Positions 9,804-18,642 of a stretch of DNA of 64,000 nt are shown piece by piece. This DNA is from Oligoflexia bacterium. GTDB lineage: Bacteria; Bdellovibrionota; UBA1018. The notes below the pieces were generated by a model. It saw nothing but the letters and a program-made list of their open reading frames with translations, did no database searches and had not been told where the DNA came from. The stretch spans positions 29,960 through 93,959 of the forward strand of contig CAVWVI010000005.1 in the NCBI GenBank assembly GCA_963758495.1, written 5' to 3'. The translations under genes were made by a program, and so were the position numbers. The stretch's first letter is position 1. Each line of letters opens with the position of its first letter.

Positions 9804-10433
9804 ATGATCTACCATTATTTGCGACGATTGAGTTTTGTCCCACTTCTTTTAATTCAAGTCATGGGCTTCGGGGGCTGTGGTTACGGCTTTCAAAACTCTC
9901 GTAACCCATTGTTTTTGAAAGAGGGAATTAGAAAAGTGTATGTTTCCCCTGTTGTGAATAATTCTTATAAAGCGGGTATTGAAAATGTTATCTATAATAG
10001 TTTAATTCGGGCCATGGCAGCCTCTGGGAGGGTTGTACTGGTTCAGAACTCAGAGGATGCGGACGCTGTCCTTCAAGGGACTGTGGTGACCGCAGTCTAT
10101 GGAAGAAGTGCTGCTACTTCTACGGTGGCGGGATTGAACCCCGCGGGTATTGGATTGAATCTCCCTACGAGAGATTATGTGATTTCAACGGAATACACAG
10201 CGACTCTGTCCTGTTCTTTTGTATTGGCGCGAAAACATCCCAGTCCTTCTAAGAAAACACAAATTTGGGCTTCTTCATTTGCCAGGTCTAAACCTTTTCC
10301 TGCTGCGAACCAATTGGATGTTCCTGGAACAACCTCTCCGTTGATTAATGAGAGTGAATTTGATCGCACATTATCGGATATTTCTAAGAGCATGATGGAT
10401 GATGTTCATGAATCTATGTTAGCCATGTTTTAG
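9804..10433 (+). CDS. lptE: LptE-like LPS-assembly lipoprotein
   Basis: Signal peptide plus Cys (LLLIQVMGFGGCGYG). About 200 aa. Sits immediately upstream of holA, the conserved lptE-holA arrangement. Sequence-level similarity not verifiable here. Confidence 0.45.
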   Translation: MIYHYLRRLSFVPLLLIQVMGFGGCGYGFQNSRNPLFLKEGIRKVYVSPVVNNSYKAGIENVIYNSLIRAMAASGRVVLVQNSEDADAVLQGTVVTAVYGRSAATSTVAGLNPAGIGLNLPTRDYVISTEYTATLSCSFVLARKHPSPSKKTQIWASSFARSKPFPAANQLDVPGTTSPLINESEFDRTLSDISKSMMDDVHESMLAMF

Positions 10434-10441
10434 AAAACTTT

Positions 10442-11434
10442 ATGCCAAAATTAGAACTGAAAGCAGTCCAACGGGAATTAGAACAAGGTGTCATCTGGCC
10501 GGTTTACTGGCTTTACGGTCCTGAAAAGTTAAAATCTCGAGAACTCTTAAAAAGAATTCGTTTTGCTGTTTTAGGCCAAGAGGGGTCAACTACTGCGGGA
10601 CAGTGGAATTTTAATGAAGAAGTTTTTGAAGGGAATGAGATCGATGCTACTTCGGTTTTAGATTCTGTTCGAAGCCCATCTTTAATAGGAGGAGTTCGTC
10701 TCATTTTAGTTCGAGAGGCTCATGCAATGAAGAATCCAGAGGTCTTGTCTGAACTCTTCGGGGCACCTACAAAGCTTTCAGAACTCATGAGTGTGTGTGT
10801 TTGTATTTCAAAGGACTTGGATGGAAGGAAGAAGTTTTCTAAGGCCCTCGTGGAGGGGGCTGCAGTGGTCTCTTGTGAGGAAGTCATCGAAGTCCAGCGG
10901 GAGCCTTGGATTCAGTACTTGGCCCAACGAAGAGGGGTGGAGCTGAATTCCACTTTAGTGACTCGGCTTTCAGGTCTTGATCCGTGGTCATTAGATATTA
11001 TTGAGCAAGAACTGGAAAAATTTGTGGTGGCAGGTTCTTCTCCTGATGTGATTTTGGATAGCCTCGGTCTTTCGGGGGTGACAGAGAGATTTATCGAAGA
11101 TTTCTTCTCTCGCGATCTAGAAGCAGCCCTTCCTCTCGTCAGTCGATTTGCAGACTCTCCAGACGAGTCCTTGCCCCTTCTTGGACTGATTGGATGGAAT
11201 GTCAGACAGCTTGCGATTTGGCTTGCGGACCGTGACAATGGCACTCGAAATTCAAAACTGAATCCCTATGCAGTGGAGCGATTTCGAAAATGGAGTCCCT
11301 TCTGGAAGCAACACGAAGTGATTGAGTTACAAGCTAGGCTTTCTGAGTTGGATTTTCAGCTTAAGCAAACTCCTCTTTTACCTCTGGGGTTGTGGAGTAG
11401 TTTGGTGCTTCGGTTTTGTAGTAAGAGTTCTTGA
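10442..11434 (+). CDS. holA: DNA polymerase III delta subunit
   Basis: 330 aa. N-terminal VYWLYGPEKLKSRELLKRIR and overall length/helical C-terminus match HolA. Synteny with lptE. Confidence 0.7.
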   Translation: MPKLELKAVQRELEQGVIWPVYWLYGPEKLKSRELLKRIRFAVLGQEGSTTAGQWNFNEEVFEGNEIDATSVLDSVRSPSLIGGVRLILVREAHAMKNPEVLSELFGAPTKLSELMSVCVCISKDLDGRKKFSKALVEGAAVVSCEEVIEVQREPWIQYLAQRRGVELNSTLVTRLSGLDPWSLDIIEQELEKFVVAGSSPDVILDSLGLSGVTERFIEDFFSRDLEAALPLVSRFADSPDESLPLLGLIGWNVRQLAIWLADRDNGTRNSKLNPYAVERFRKWSPFWKQHEVIELQARLSELDFQLKQTPLLPLGLWSSLVLRFCSKSS

Positions 11435-11486
11435 GAAGATATTCTTTAATAAAATCGAATAATTTATTACAAATTGTAATTTGCAA

Positions 11487-14144
11487 TTACTCACGCGAAT
11501 GGATCGGCAAATAAATACTCAGGTTAGATTCACTCGATGCAATCGACTTTCGTTTTGCTTTGGCAATGCTTGACCTAACAGTAGTTTGTAAGATGCGCTG
11601 AGCCTCTCTCCCGTTAAGAATTTCACCTTTGGATTGAGCAATGAGGTACTTAGAGGTAATGTTGTCCAAGAACTCTTTTTCATTTTCAATCTGGATCGAT
11701 TTCTTACTTTCTAATTCTTGCTCCTGAATGAGTCTTTTCAGGCCCAGCTGAATGATGGCTCTAAATTCAGTTTCGCTTGGAGGAAAGATGGGCACTGCTG
11801 CTTGAAAACGATCCAATACGGGAGCTGGAATGCCTCCTCGGATCAGTTCCTGAGTTAGTTCGTTCTTTGTTACTGGTTTGGTATTCGAATGCAGTAACTG
11901 CTGCGCGGCATTGGTGGTTGCAAAAATGTGTGAATTCTTAAAATTAAGAATGTTACTTGTTTTGCCTCCTGATTGGTTTGAATTGATATTTTCAGAGATG
12001 GTCATTTCGCCACTATCTAACAATGCCAATAGAGCCTGTTGTACAGTGGGAGCTGCTTTTTCTAATTCATCTAAAATAATGACTGAATAAGCATTTTTTC
12101 TGATCACTTCAGCCATTTCTCTTCGAAAGCCTTCAACGTTACCTTCAGCATATTTATTCATTTCAATTCTGACCGACGGCAAATTCATGCCTTTACCCAG
12201 CGTTCGGCCCAGTTCTGTTTTGCCAACTCCTGGAAGGCCAGCTACTAAGACCCTGAGTGCTGGTTTTGTTTTATCATGTGAATGGGTGAATCGTTGTTCA
12301 ACTAGTTCAAATAATATGTCTTTGGCGAATGTTTGCCCAATGAGTGTTTGATTCAAAAAATCAGGAAAGTTTTGAATTTTCTCTTCTACTTTATGAGTGT
12401 CAAAAAAAATGGGATCGATGTTATAGAGTCTACTTGCTGCTTGATTGATATCTTGAATGGTAATGTCGCTGACGTTGTCATCTTTTAATTGTTTAGTGGC
12501 GTATACTTCACTCAGGAGCCCAGTCGCTTTGGAAGGTTGGGAGCCTGAAGCGCTAAATTCGTTCGATAAATGAATGATGTGCTTCAATACATCTGCCTTA
12601 AGGATGGGCTTATTATAGCGCTTCGACCATCCATTTATATAATTGGGTAATTCTTCTTCACTGGGTTCCTCTAAATTAATAATCGAGAATCTTCTGAGTA
12701 ATGCCTGATCACCTCCAAAAGCTTCGTAAAACTCGGAGTGAGTTGATGTACCAATGAGGGTAACATCTCCCTTGGCTAAATAGGACTTCATGTGTTGGAA
12801 TAAGTCATTACTATCGCTCTTGGTGGTTCCAGCTCCTCTGAAGGAGTGAATTTCGTCCATGAAAATAATGGAGTTTTTATGAGAAGACATCATGGATAGG
12901 AATTTATTGAGTTTATCTTGAACTTGCCCCACAAATTGAGATTTACTATCTAAAAAAGTTCCAATATTAACTGATTTCACTAGAGTATTCTTTGGCAGTT
13001 CTGGAAATTTTCCATTTCCAATATCAGCAAGAAATTTCATTACTAACTGAGTTTTTCCTACTCCGGGATTTCCAAGAATCACTACATTTTTGCACTCTGG
13101 TTTTTGCAGTGATATTCTAATTTTATTTATCAAGTCCTGGTATGCTTTGGTAGATTCGAAGTGAAGTGAGTTATCTTTAGATTCTCCTTCATGTTTTTTT
13201 AGATCTGCTTCTTCTTTTTTAAGAATAATATCTACAATCTCACGTACGTCAAGCCTTTCTGCAGTCATGAGAGGGGTTTCTCCCGAAAATCCATGAGTAC
13301 TATTTAGGTTAGCTCCATGATTGATCAGAAGTTTTGCAATTTGAACATGTCCATTTTCGATAGCCAGTTGGAGAGCGGTTTCGTAGTAAGAGTTCTTATG
13401 GTTTACGTTAGCTCCTGATGTAAGTAGAAGTTCAACGATTTCAGTATGCCCCTTTTCGGCTGCCCAGATGAGAGGCGTTGTTCTATATGTACCAAAAGTA
13501 GTATTTAAGTCAGCCTGATGATTGATGAGGAGCTTTGCAATTTGGGCATGCCCATTATTAATTGCCACGATGAGAGCGGATTCGTCATACTCGTTCCTAA
13601 GGTTGACCTTAGCTCCTGATGTAAGTAGAAGTTCAACGATTTCAGTATGCCCGTTTTCGGCAGCTATGATTAAGGGCGTTTTTTTTCCATAATCTATTTT
13701 GTAATTTACATTGGCTCCAGCTTCGAGCAAGAGCTTTACCCTATTTGTGTCACCCTCTGCGGCAGCATTGTACAGAGATTTATCTTGTTGCTCATTTTGA
13801 TCCTTGAGTGATTGTACGGCAGTAGTGGCAGTGACACCCATAATACCACTCATGAAGGCACGTTTTTTAGTATTTCTCTGGTTTCTATATGAATCATTAT
13901 TTTGATTGTATTGATTTTGAGAATAAGTTCTTATTTTATTTATATGTAATGACTTACCTAAAGTTAGTTGTCGGCTGGGGGTGATGCGATTCAGGGTAGA
14001 TGGTAATTTAGACATTCTATTACTGATAGGCTTACTAAATAAGTTTATACCATCCTTGATGATGCCTGCTTTTGCGATATCTGAAAGGAGAAATGCACTT
14101 ACAAGAGTGGCGGTTATCGTCGACTTAGGTAATAATGCTTTCAT
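11487..14144 (-). CDS. ankyrin-repeat / ClpA-like double AAA+ ATPase fusion protein with N-terminal signal-like segment (paralog 1)
   Basis: 885 aa. N-terminal hydrophobic MKALLPKSTITATLVSAFLLSDIAKAG. At least five ankyrin repeats (TPLIIAAENGHTEIVELLLTSGAKVN...). D1: GNPGVGKTQL, IIFMDEIHSFRGAG, LLRRF. D2: LIGQ..A, VAGLPGVGKTEL, ILDELEKA, ATTN. No ClpB M-domain; no IGF/IGL ClpP loop seen. Confidence 0.7.
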   Translation of the reverse strand: MKALLPKSTITATLVSAFLLSDIAKAGIIKDGINLFSKPISNRMSKLPSTLNRITPSRQLTLGKSLHINKIRTYSQNQYNQNNDSYRNQRNTKKRAFMSGIMGVTATTAVQSLKDQNEQQDKSLYNAAAEGDTNRVKLLLEAGANVNYKIDYGKKTPLIIAAENGHTEIVELLLTSGAKVNLRNEYDESALIVAINNGHAQIAKLLINHQADLNTTFGTYRTTPLIWAAEKGHTEIVELLLTSGANVNHKNSYYETALQLAIENGHVQIAKLLINHGANLNSTHGFSGETPLMTAERLDVREIVDIILKKEEADLKKHEGESKDNSLHFESTKAYQDLINKIRISLQKPECKNVVILGNPGVGKTQLVMKFLADIGNGKFPELPKNTLVKSVNIGTFLDSKSQFVGQVQDKLNKFLSMMSSHKNSIIFMDEIHSFRGAGTTKSDSNDLFQHMKSYLAKGDVTLIGTSTHSEFYEAFGGDQALLRRFSIINLEEPSEEELPNYINGWSKRYNKPILKADVLKHIIHLSNEFSASGSQPSKATGLLSEVYATKQLKDDNVSDITIQDINQAASRLYNIDPIFFDTHKVEEKIQNFPDFLNQTLIGQTFAKDILFELVEQRFTHSHDKTKPALRVLVAGLPGVGKTELGRTLGKGMNLPSVRIEMNKYAEGNVEGFRREMAEVIRKNAYSVIILDELEKAAPTVQQALLALLDSGEMTISENINSNQSGGKTSNILNFKNSHIFATTNAAQQLLHSNTKPVTKNELTQELIRGGIPAPVLDRFQAAVPIFPPSETEFRAIIQLGLKRLIQEQELESKKSIQIENEKEFLDNITSKYLIAQSKGEILNGREAQRILQTTVRSSIAKAKRKSIASSESNLSIYLPIHSRE

Positions 14145-14447
14145 TTTAATGACCTTTTTTTACTTATTAATAATAGTGATGGCATTTATAATCTTTATTT
14201 CTTTATTATTCAAGTAAAATATAAGATAATGTGGGTAATAAGCCAAATGTCCGATTTTAGGACACCCACGAATCCAACTCGAACTAAAATATTGCATATT
14301 GAACATCAATAATTAAAATGAAGTGGCTATTTTTATGTGAAAAATTCATAAATCAAATAAGTTAAAGATATTTAGCTTGATGTAGGAGTGAGTTGAGTAA
14401 AATAGGCTAAAAATATACTTATTAAATTTAAGTTATTTTGAGGACTA

Positions 14448-15221
14448 ATGAGGATTGATATGAAAAAAATGGCAGATAGTTTTAAATCGAATCTTTTATT
14501 GGCGTGTGTTTTTTCTTTTGTAGGAGTCACGGTTTTTGCAAATCCAAGTGAATCCGTAGTCATTCGTCGGATCAACCAAGTTTTGAGAAACTGTGACGTT
14601 TTTACTCCAGTCCGATTAGATCCAAAATGGAAAAATCAGTGGAATCACGCAAGAAGTCAGCTAGCTTATTCTAGACTTGCTCAGAATATATTAGTGGCTA
14701 AGGCGACTTGTGGTGCTTATGCTACACCTACTGCTGCTGAACTGACTCAGTACTATAATGAGTTGGAGCCTTTTCGTAGGCTCAGAGAAACTCTCAGAGA
14801 CAGTGCTGAAATTGCTAAAGAAAGACTGATTCAAGATGCTCATTTATCAAAAGAAGAAATTAAGCAACTTGATGATGAGGCCGACATTCAAGAATGTGCG
14901 CTGAATGATAGTTTAGGACAGAGGGACGGCAAAGAGGGACTCTTTGTTGCGCTTGAAACTCAGATCGCAAATGCAAATGATTTTAGTAGTCAATTCGTTT
15001 CAGAAGAGGATAAAAGATTGGAAGACACTCGTAGTATTGCAAGAGAGTCCATTCAAAGTCTTTTACGTACGCCTATTCATGCTTATGAATTAGCCCGAAG
15101 TTGCGGCGACCTATTTCTCAATGCTGTTCGAACTCGAGCTAAAAATAAGGCTAAAGCAGCAAAGAAGGCTAAAGAGTTGGAGATTAGAAGATATCAGCAG
15201 ATCCTGGACGACGATTGCTGA
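14448..15221 (+). CDS. secreted hypothetical protein (signal peptide, coiled-coil, basic C-terminus)
   Basis: 257-aa ORF. Signal-like LLLACVFSFVGVTVFANPSES. Lys/Ala-rich C-terminal tail. No recognisable catalytic motif. Confidence 0.35.
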   Translation: MRIDMKKMADSFKSNLLLACVFSFVGVTVFANPSESVVIRRINQVLRNCDVFTPVRLDPKWKNQWNHARSQLAYSRLAQNILVAKATCGAYATPTAAELTQYYNELEPFRRLRETLRDSAEIAKERLIQDAHLSKEEIKQLDDEADIQECALNDSLGQRDGKEGLFVALETQIANANDFSSQFVSEEDKRLEDTRSIARESIQSLLRTPIHAYELARSCGDLFLNAVRTRAKNKAKAAKKAKELEIRRYQQILDDDC

Positions 15222-15402
15222 TTCTGAAGAAGTATCAGTTCCAAGAATACAAGGGTTTGAGCAGGAGCGCGTTCGAAAAACTGACAGATAATTAATGATC
15301 TATCTGGCGTCGTCCTGTGTGGATGGCGCCAGAAACGAACTCCTCTTGTGCCTCTAGGGTTGTGGAGTAGTTTGGTGCTTGGGTTTTGTAGTAAGAGTTG
15401 AT

Positions 15403-16765
15403 TGTGCGCCGGAAAAAAAGGAAAAGGTGGAGCCCTCCTTAAGGTGGCTGAGTACAGATTTCGATCACTGTGAAAGATATTCGGATCGGTGCTCCTATTG
15501 GGGTAAGGTCGAAGACATTGAATTTAAATACGATTTTGTGACTGCTTAGGATCGAGCAAAGGCTGAAGACCTGCATTCAGAGTCTTCTATGCAAGAAGAT
15601 CCTTTTATTCTGAGACAAAAGTGTTTCCACCCACCCTATTGCCCAAATGAAATGTGCAAGTTTCATCTTCCCTCCAATGAGAAGGATTCCAATTCTTTTT
15701 TTTGGTCAAATGGTTGGGCTAAAACTCGATGCTATCCTTACCGGGTTCGCCAATTTCGATGTCGTTCCTGCAAGAGAAATTTTCGGTATACTTATTTCAA
15801 GCTCGATTTTCGCGAAAAAAAACCTGGCTTAAACTGCAAGATTTTCAGTTATATGACGTGTGGAGTGTCCAATCGAGAAATTGCAAGAAGACTGGAGACT
15901 TCCGAACATCTCATCCGCCTCAGAGTGAGAAAATTGGTTCAGTGGGCGCTGATAAAACAAACAGAGCGCACCCAGGCGTTGAAGATCAGCGAGCCCCTCG
16001 TTTATGATGGCCTCGAAGCGTTTGCTAAAAGTCAGTATGATCCGAATCAAATCCAACAAGCTATCGGCAAGGAGTCTTTGTTTATTTATGACTTTAACTT
16101 CGCGCCACTTAATCGAAAAGGAAGGATGTCTCCAAGGCAAAAGCAAGTCCGACGGTTGACGGAAGAAAAAGAGGGGCGTTACCCGCCAAAAGCCATTCGA
16201 ATTAGCACGGTGGAGATCTTCTCTCGCCTCTATGAAAGAAGAGCGGATCTAGCTCAGCCCTTGGTGATTTATTCGGACGAACATTTTCAATATCGTAGAG
16301 CTGTTGAACGCGATTTGAAGGATCTTAAAATCCATCAAGTCACGGTATCTTCTAAGCAGACGCGGAATTATCAAAACTGTCTATTCAGTGTAAATCACGC
16401 GGATCTCTTAATTCGTCAGCATATGGGAGCGTTCAGTCGGGAAACCATCTGCTTTGCAAAAAACCACGCTCGAATGGTTGGAAAGTACGTCCTCTTCATG
16501 GTTTGGAAAAATTTCTTTCGGCCTCAATTTGTAAAGCCTCATAAGAAAGATCCAAAGTCTAACCAGAACACTCCAGCTATGAGGCTGGGCTTAACCAAGA
16601 GGGCCCTTGAGTTTTATGAATTTTTTGACATCAAAAGGACTTTAGCACAAATCAACCTGAATCGAGAGTGGACCTTGTTTCATGAAGATCAAGTATTTTA
16701 CCCCCGGTCCTTAGCTGGAGCATCGGCGTAATAGGGGGACATCATCCTGTGTGGACGGCGCACAA
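15403..16765 (+). mobile_element. IS1595-family-like insertion sequence (about 1.36 kb) with 10-bp terminal inverted repeats
   Basis: ttgtgcgccg at 15403-15412 and cggcgcacaa at 16756-16765 are perfect inverted repeats. They bracket a single transposase-like ORF. The size is typical of the IS1595 family. Confidence 0.45.
15589..16731 (+). CDS. IS1595-family (ISXO2-like) transposase: N-terminal zinc ribbon, HTH, DDE-like core
   Basis: 380 aa. CPNEMCKF...CRSCKRNF zinc-ribbon. HTH-like SNREIARRLETSEHLIRLRVRKL. VIYSDEHFQYRRAV resembles the IS1595 'IYTDEW..Y' motif. Downstream N..R motifs (NHADLLIRQHMG; NHARMVGKY). Confidence 0.5.
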   Translation: MQEDPFILRQKCFHPPYCPNEMCKFHLPSNEKDSNSFFWSNGWAKTRCYPYRVRQFRCRSCKRNFRYTYFKLDFREKKPGLNCKIFSYMTCGVSNREIARRLETSEHLIRLRVRKLVQWALIKQTERTQALKISEPLVYDGLEAFAKSQYDPNQIQQAIGKESLFIYDFNFAPLNRKGRMSPRQKQVRRLTEEKEGRYPPKAIRISTVEIFSRLYERRADLAQPLVIYSDEHFQYRRAVERDLKDLKIHQVTVSSKQTRNYQNCLFSVNHADLLIRQHMGAFSRETICFAKNHARMVGKYVLFMVWKNFFRPQFVKPHKKDPKSNQNTPAMRLGLTKRALEFYEFFDIKRTLAQINLNREWTLFHEDQVFYPRSLAGASA

Positions 16766-16812
16766 ATAAATTGACAACATGCCCATTTTATCTTACTTCC
16801 CCTGCTTAAGAA

Positions 16813-17409
16813 ATGGGGTGTGTGATGAAATTCAATAAAAGTACCTTAAAAGTGGCTCTAGGGTTATCGGTTTTAGCGTCGCAAACAGGGTGTATCTCTG
16901 CTCTGGTTTTTCCTCCTCTGATCATTCCAGGAGTGATTTTTTATGCTCTCGGAGTAGGAGAGCCTTTTGAAAGAGGTGAAGGCCTGAGATTTACAGGGGT
17001 CTTATTAGGCTCAAAAGATCCTGGTCATGCTGTGGCTTTAAATCAAATTCCTTTGGATGAGAGTATTGCACAAAAAGCTGGGGTGAGTGTTGAGGACATT
17101 GAAGATTACAATAATAACCTCAACCAGATTCGAACTGTTGCGCTCGAGTTGCAACAGGATATTCGTTCGCAACTCGCACGGTCTGAACTCAAGCACTATA
17201 CAAGAATGGATCAGCTCGCTCAGGATGTTCAGGTGGATTCACTTGCAAAGAAATACGGCTTTGGAAGTGGGCAGGAGTTTTTAGAAACGATGACTTCTCA
17301 ACATCTTTCAAATGAAAAGGTGCAGTCTTTTTCTGAAGCAACTCACCTTGAAGCCGCACAGGTCAAAATTCTGCTTCATTACGGATTTGGCGTTAAGATG
17401 ACTCGTTAG
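16813..17409 (+). CDS. hypothetical lipoprotein
   Basis: 198 aa. Lipobox-like LASQTGC within the signal peptide. No known motif. Confidence 0.35.
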   Translation: MGCVMKFNKSTLKVALGLSVLASQTGCISALVFPPLIIPGVIFYALGVGEPFERGEGLRFTGVLLGSKDPGHAVALNQIPLDESIAQKAGVSVEDIEDYNNNLNQIRTVALELQQDIRSQLARSELKHYTRMDQLAQDVQVDSLAKKYGFGSGQEFLETMTSQHLSNEKVQSFSEATHLEAAQVKILLHYGFGVKMTR

Positions 17410-17432
17410 TAGTGGTTAATTAGGAAATTGTT

Positions 17433-18638
17433 ATGCAAATAAAAACACTGGGTTCTTTAAGACGACACTTGGGTGCTGCAAGAAGGACGGTGTTTTTATT
17501 TGCATTTCTATTGAGTTCCGTTGCCTTTGGAATGGGCGGAAAGCTTCAAAAGTATGAATCTCAGCATCACTCTTCTAATTGGCAAGTAAAAACTCCCAAA
17601 GTAGTGATTGCCTTTGGAATGTTGGATAGCGGTTTGATCCAACGATATAAACGCTTTTCAAAAGATACTCTGGAAAAATATCTCAAAAGAGTCAATCCTC
17701 TGCTCCGTCTTGAAGTCATCGAGAAAGCTCAAAGTCAGGATGTAGTCCAAGTCTTAGCCGATAAAAGTACGGTGGGGTTCATCTTTATCAGTCATACTTA
17801 TAAGGCTAAAAACATCGATGCAGCCATCTCTATTGCTGCGGATGGACACCCACTTCCTCCAGATATCTTGTCGGCAGCGACTCCGTCTTTAAGATTTAGT
17901 AGCTTCTTGGGCTGTCATGGTCCTGAAATCATGAAAGAGTACGGTGTTGCTTATGAATATAAGCGTCTTTCTGGGAGTCATATTTTTTATTACAATAGAG
18001 ATGAGTTGCTTTCCGCTAATTTCATGTTTATTGATAATTTAAAAAAGTTATTGAAAAAGGAAATAAAAGATTTGGCGAGATTTGATCCTCGTTATTTTAT
18101 GAGCGGTCAAATACCTCATGAAGATGAGAACGGAAAACTGACAATCCGAGTGAAAGATGTTTATCCGGGTATCGAACCTCGATTTGTTTATCTGAATGGC
18201 CGAATTGTGGGGATGTTGGGTACAGAAAAAGGAAATTCCAATCAAAGCTTAAATTATGAGGAATTTACTTTTGAGGTGCCAGCCTATGCCTTGGAAACAA
18301 AGAAGGAGGGTCAACATCATGTTAAAATTCTTTCGAGTGAGATTTCTCCCGGTGCTTTAGCTGATAACTATTTGATCGAATCTGTCACTCTTGAAGCTCC
18401 CTTTGGAAAGCTAGAAAAGCATTATTCCCCGTCATGGCATATTGGAGATGCAGATGCTCCTCCTTCTATTGCTGACTTTAAAGTGGAGCTTCATGGATCA
18501 AAAAAGGAGCAAAAAAAACAACTTCTGGATCATATTCGAAAGTATATGGTCCAGCTTGAGTGGATGGATCGAAACCCCGAAGTCTGGGCAGCTTCACCTC
18601 TCAATGGACGTCGTATTTTTTCAGACGTGTTACAATAG
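17433..18638 (+). CDS. secreted hypothetical protein
   Basis: 401-aa ORF. N-terminal hydrophobic RTVFLFAFLLSSVAFGMGG. No recognisable domain. Confidence 0.35.
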   Translation: MQIKTLGSLRRHLGAARRTVFLFAFLLSSVAFGMGGKLQKYESQHHSSNWQVKTPKVVIAFGMLDSGLIQRYKRFSKDTLEKYLKRVNPLLRLEVIEKAQSQDVVQVLADKSTVGFIFISHTYKAKNIDAAISIAADGHPLPPDILSAATPSLRFSSFLGCHGPEIMKEYGVAYEYKRLSGSHIFYYNRDELLSANFMFIDNLKKLLKKEIKDLARFDPRYFMSGQIPHEDENGKLTIRVKDVYPGIEPRFVYLNGRIVGMLGTEKGNSNQSLNYEEFTFEVPAYALETKKEGQHHVKILSSEISPGALADNYLIESVTLEAPFGKLEKHYSPSWHIGDADAPPSIADFKVELHGSKKEQKKQLLDHIRKYMVQLEWMDRNPEVWAASPLNGRRIFSDVLQ

Positions 18639-18642
18639 GCTG

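Noticed and set aside
11878-12090. 70-aa ORFs on the plus strand inside both Ank-ClpA genes (also 19034..19246)
   Set aside because: They are antisense to long, well-supported AAA+ coding regions. They are identical in both paralogs only because the underlying DNA is duplicated. No independent coding signal.
15313-15330. Reading the 18-bp direct repeats (15313 and 16745) as IS target-site duplications
   Set aside because: At 18 bp with two mismatches they are too long and imperfect for an IS1595-type TSD (about 8 bp). The right copy lies inside the element's terminal IR rather than outside it. A solo-end remnant is more plausible.
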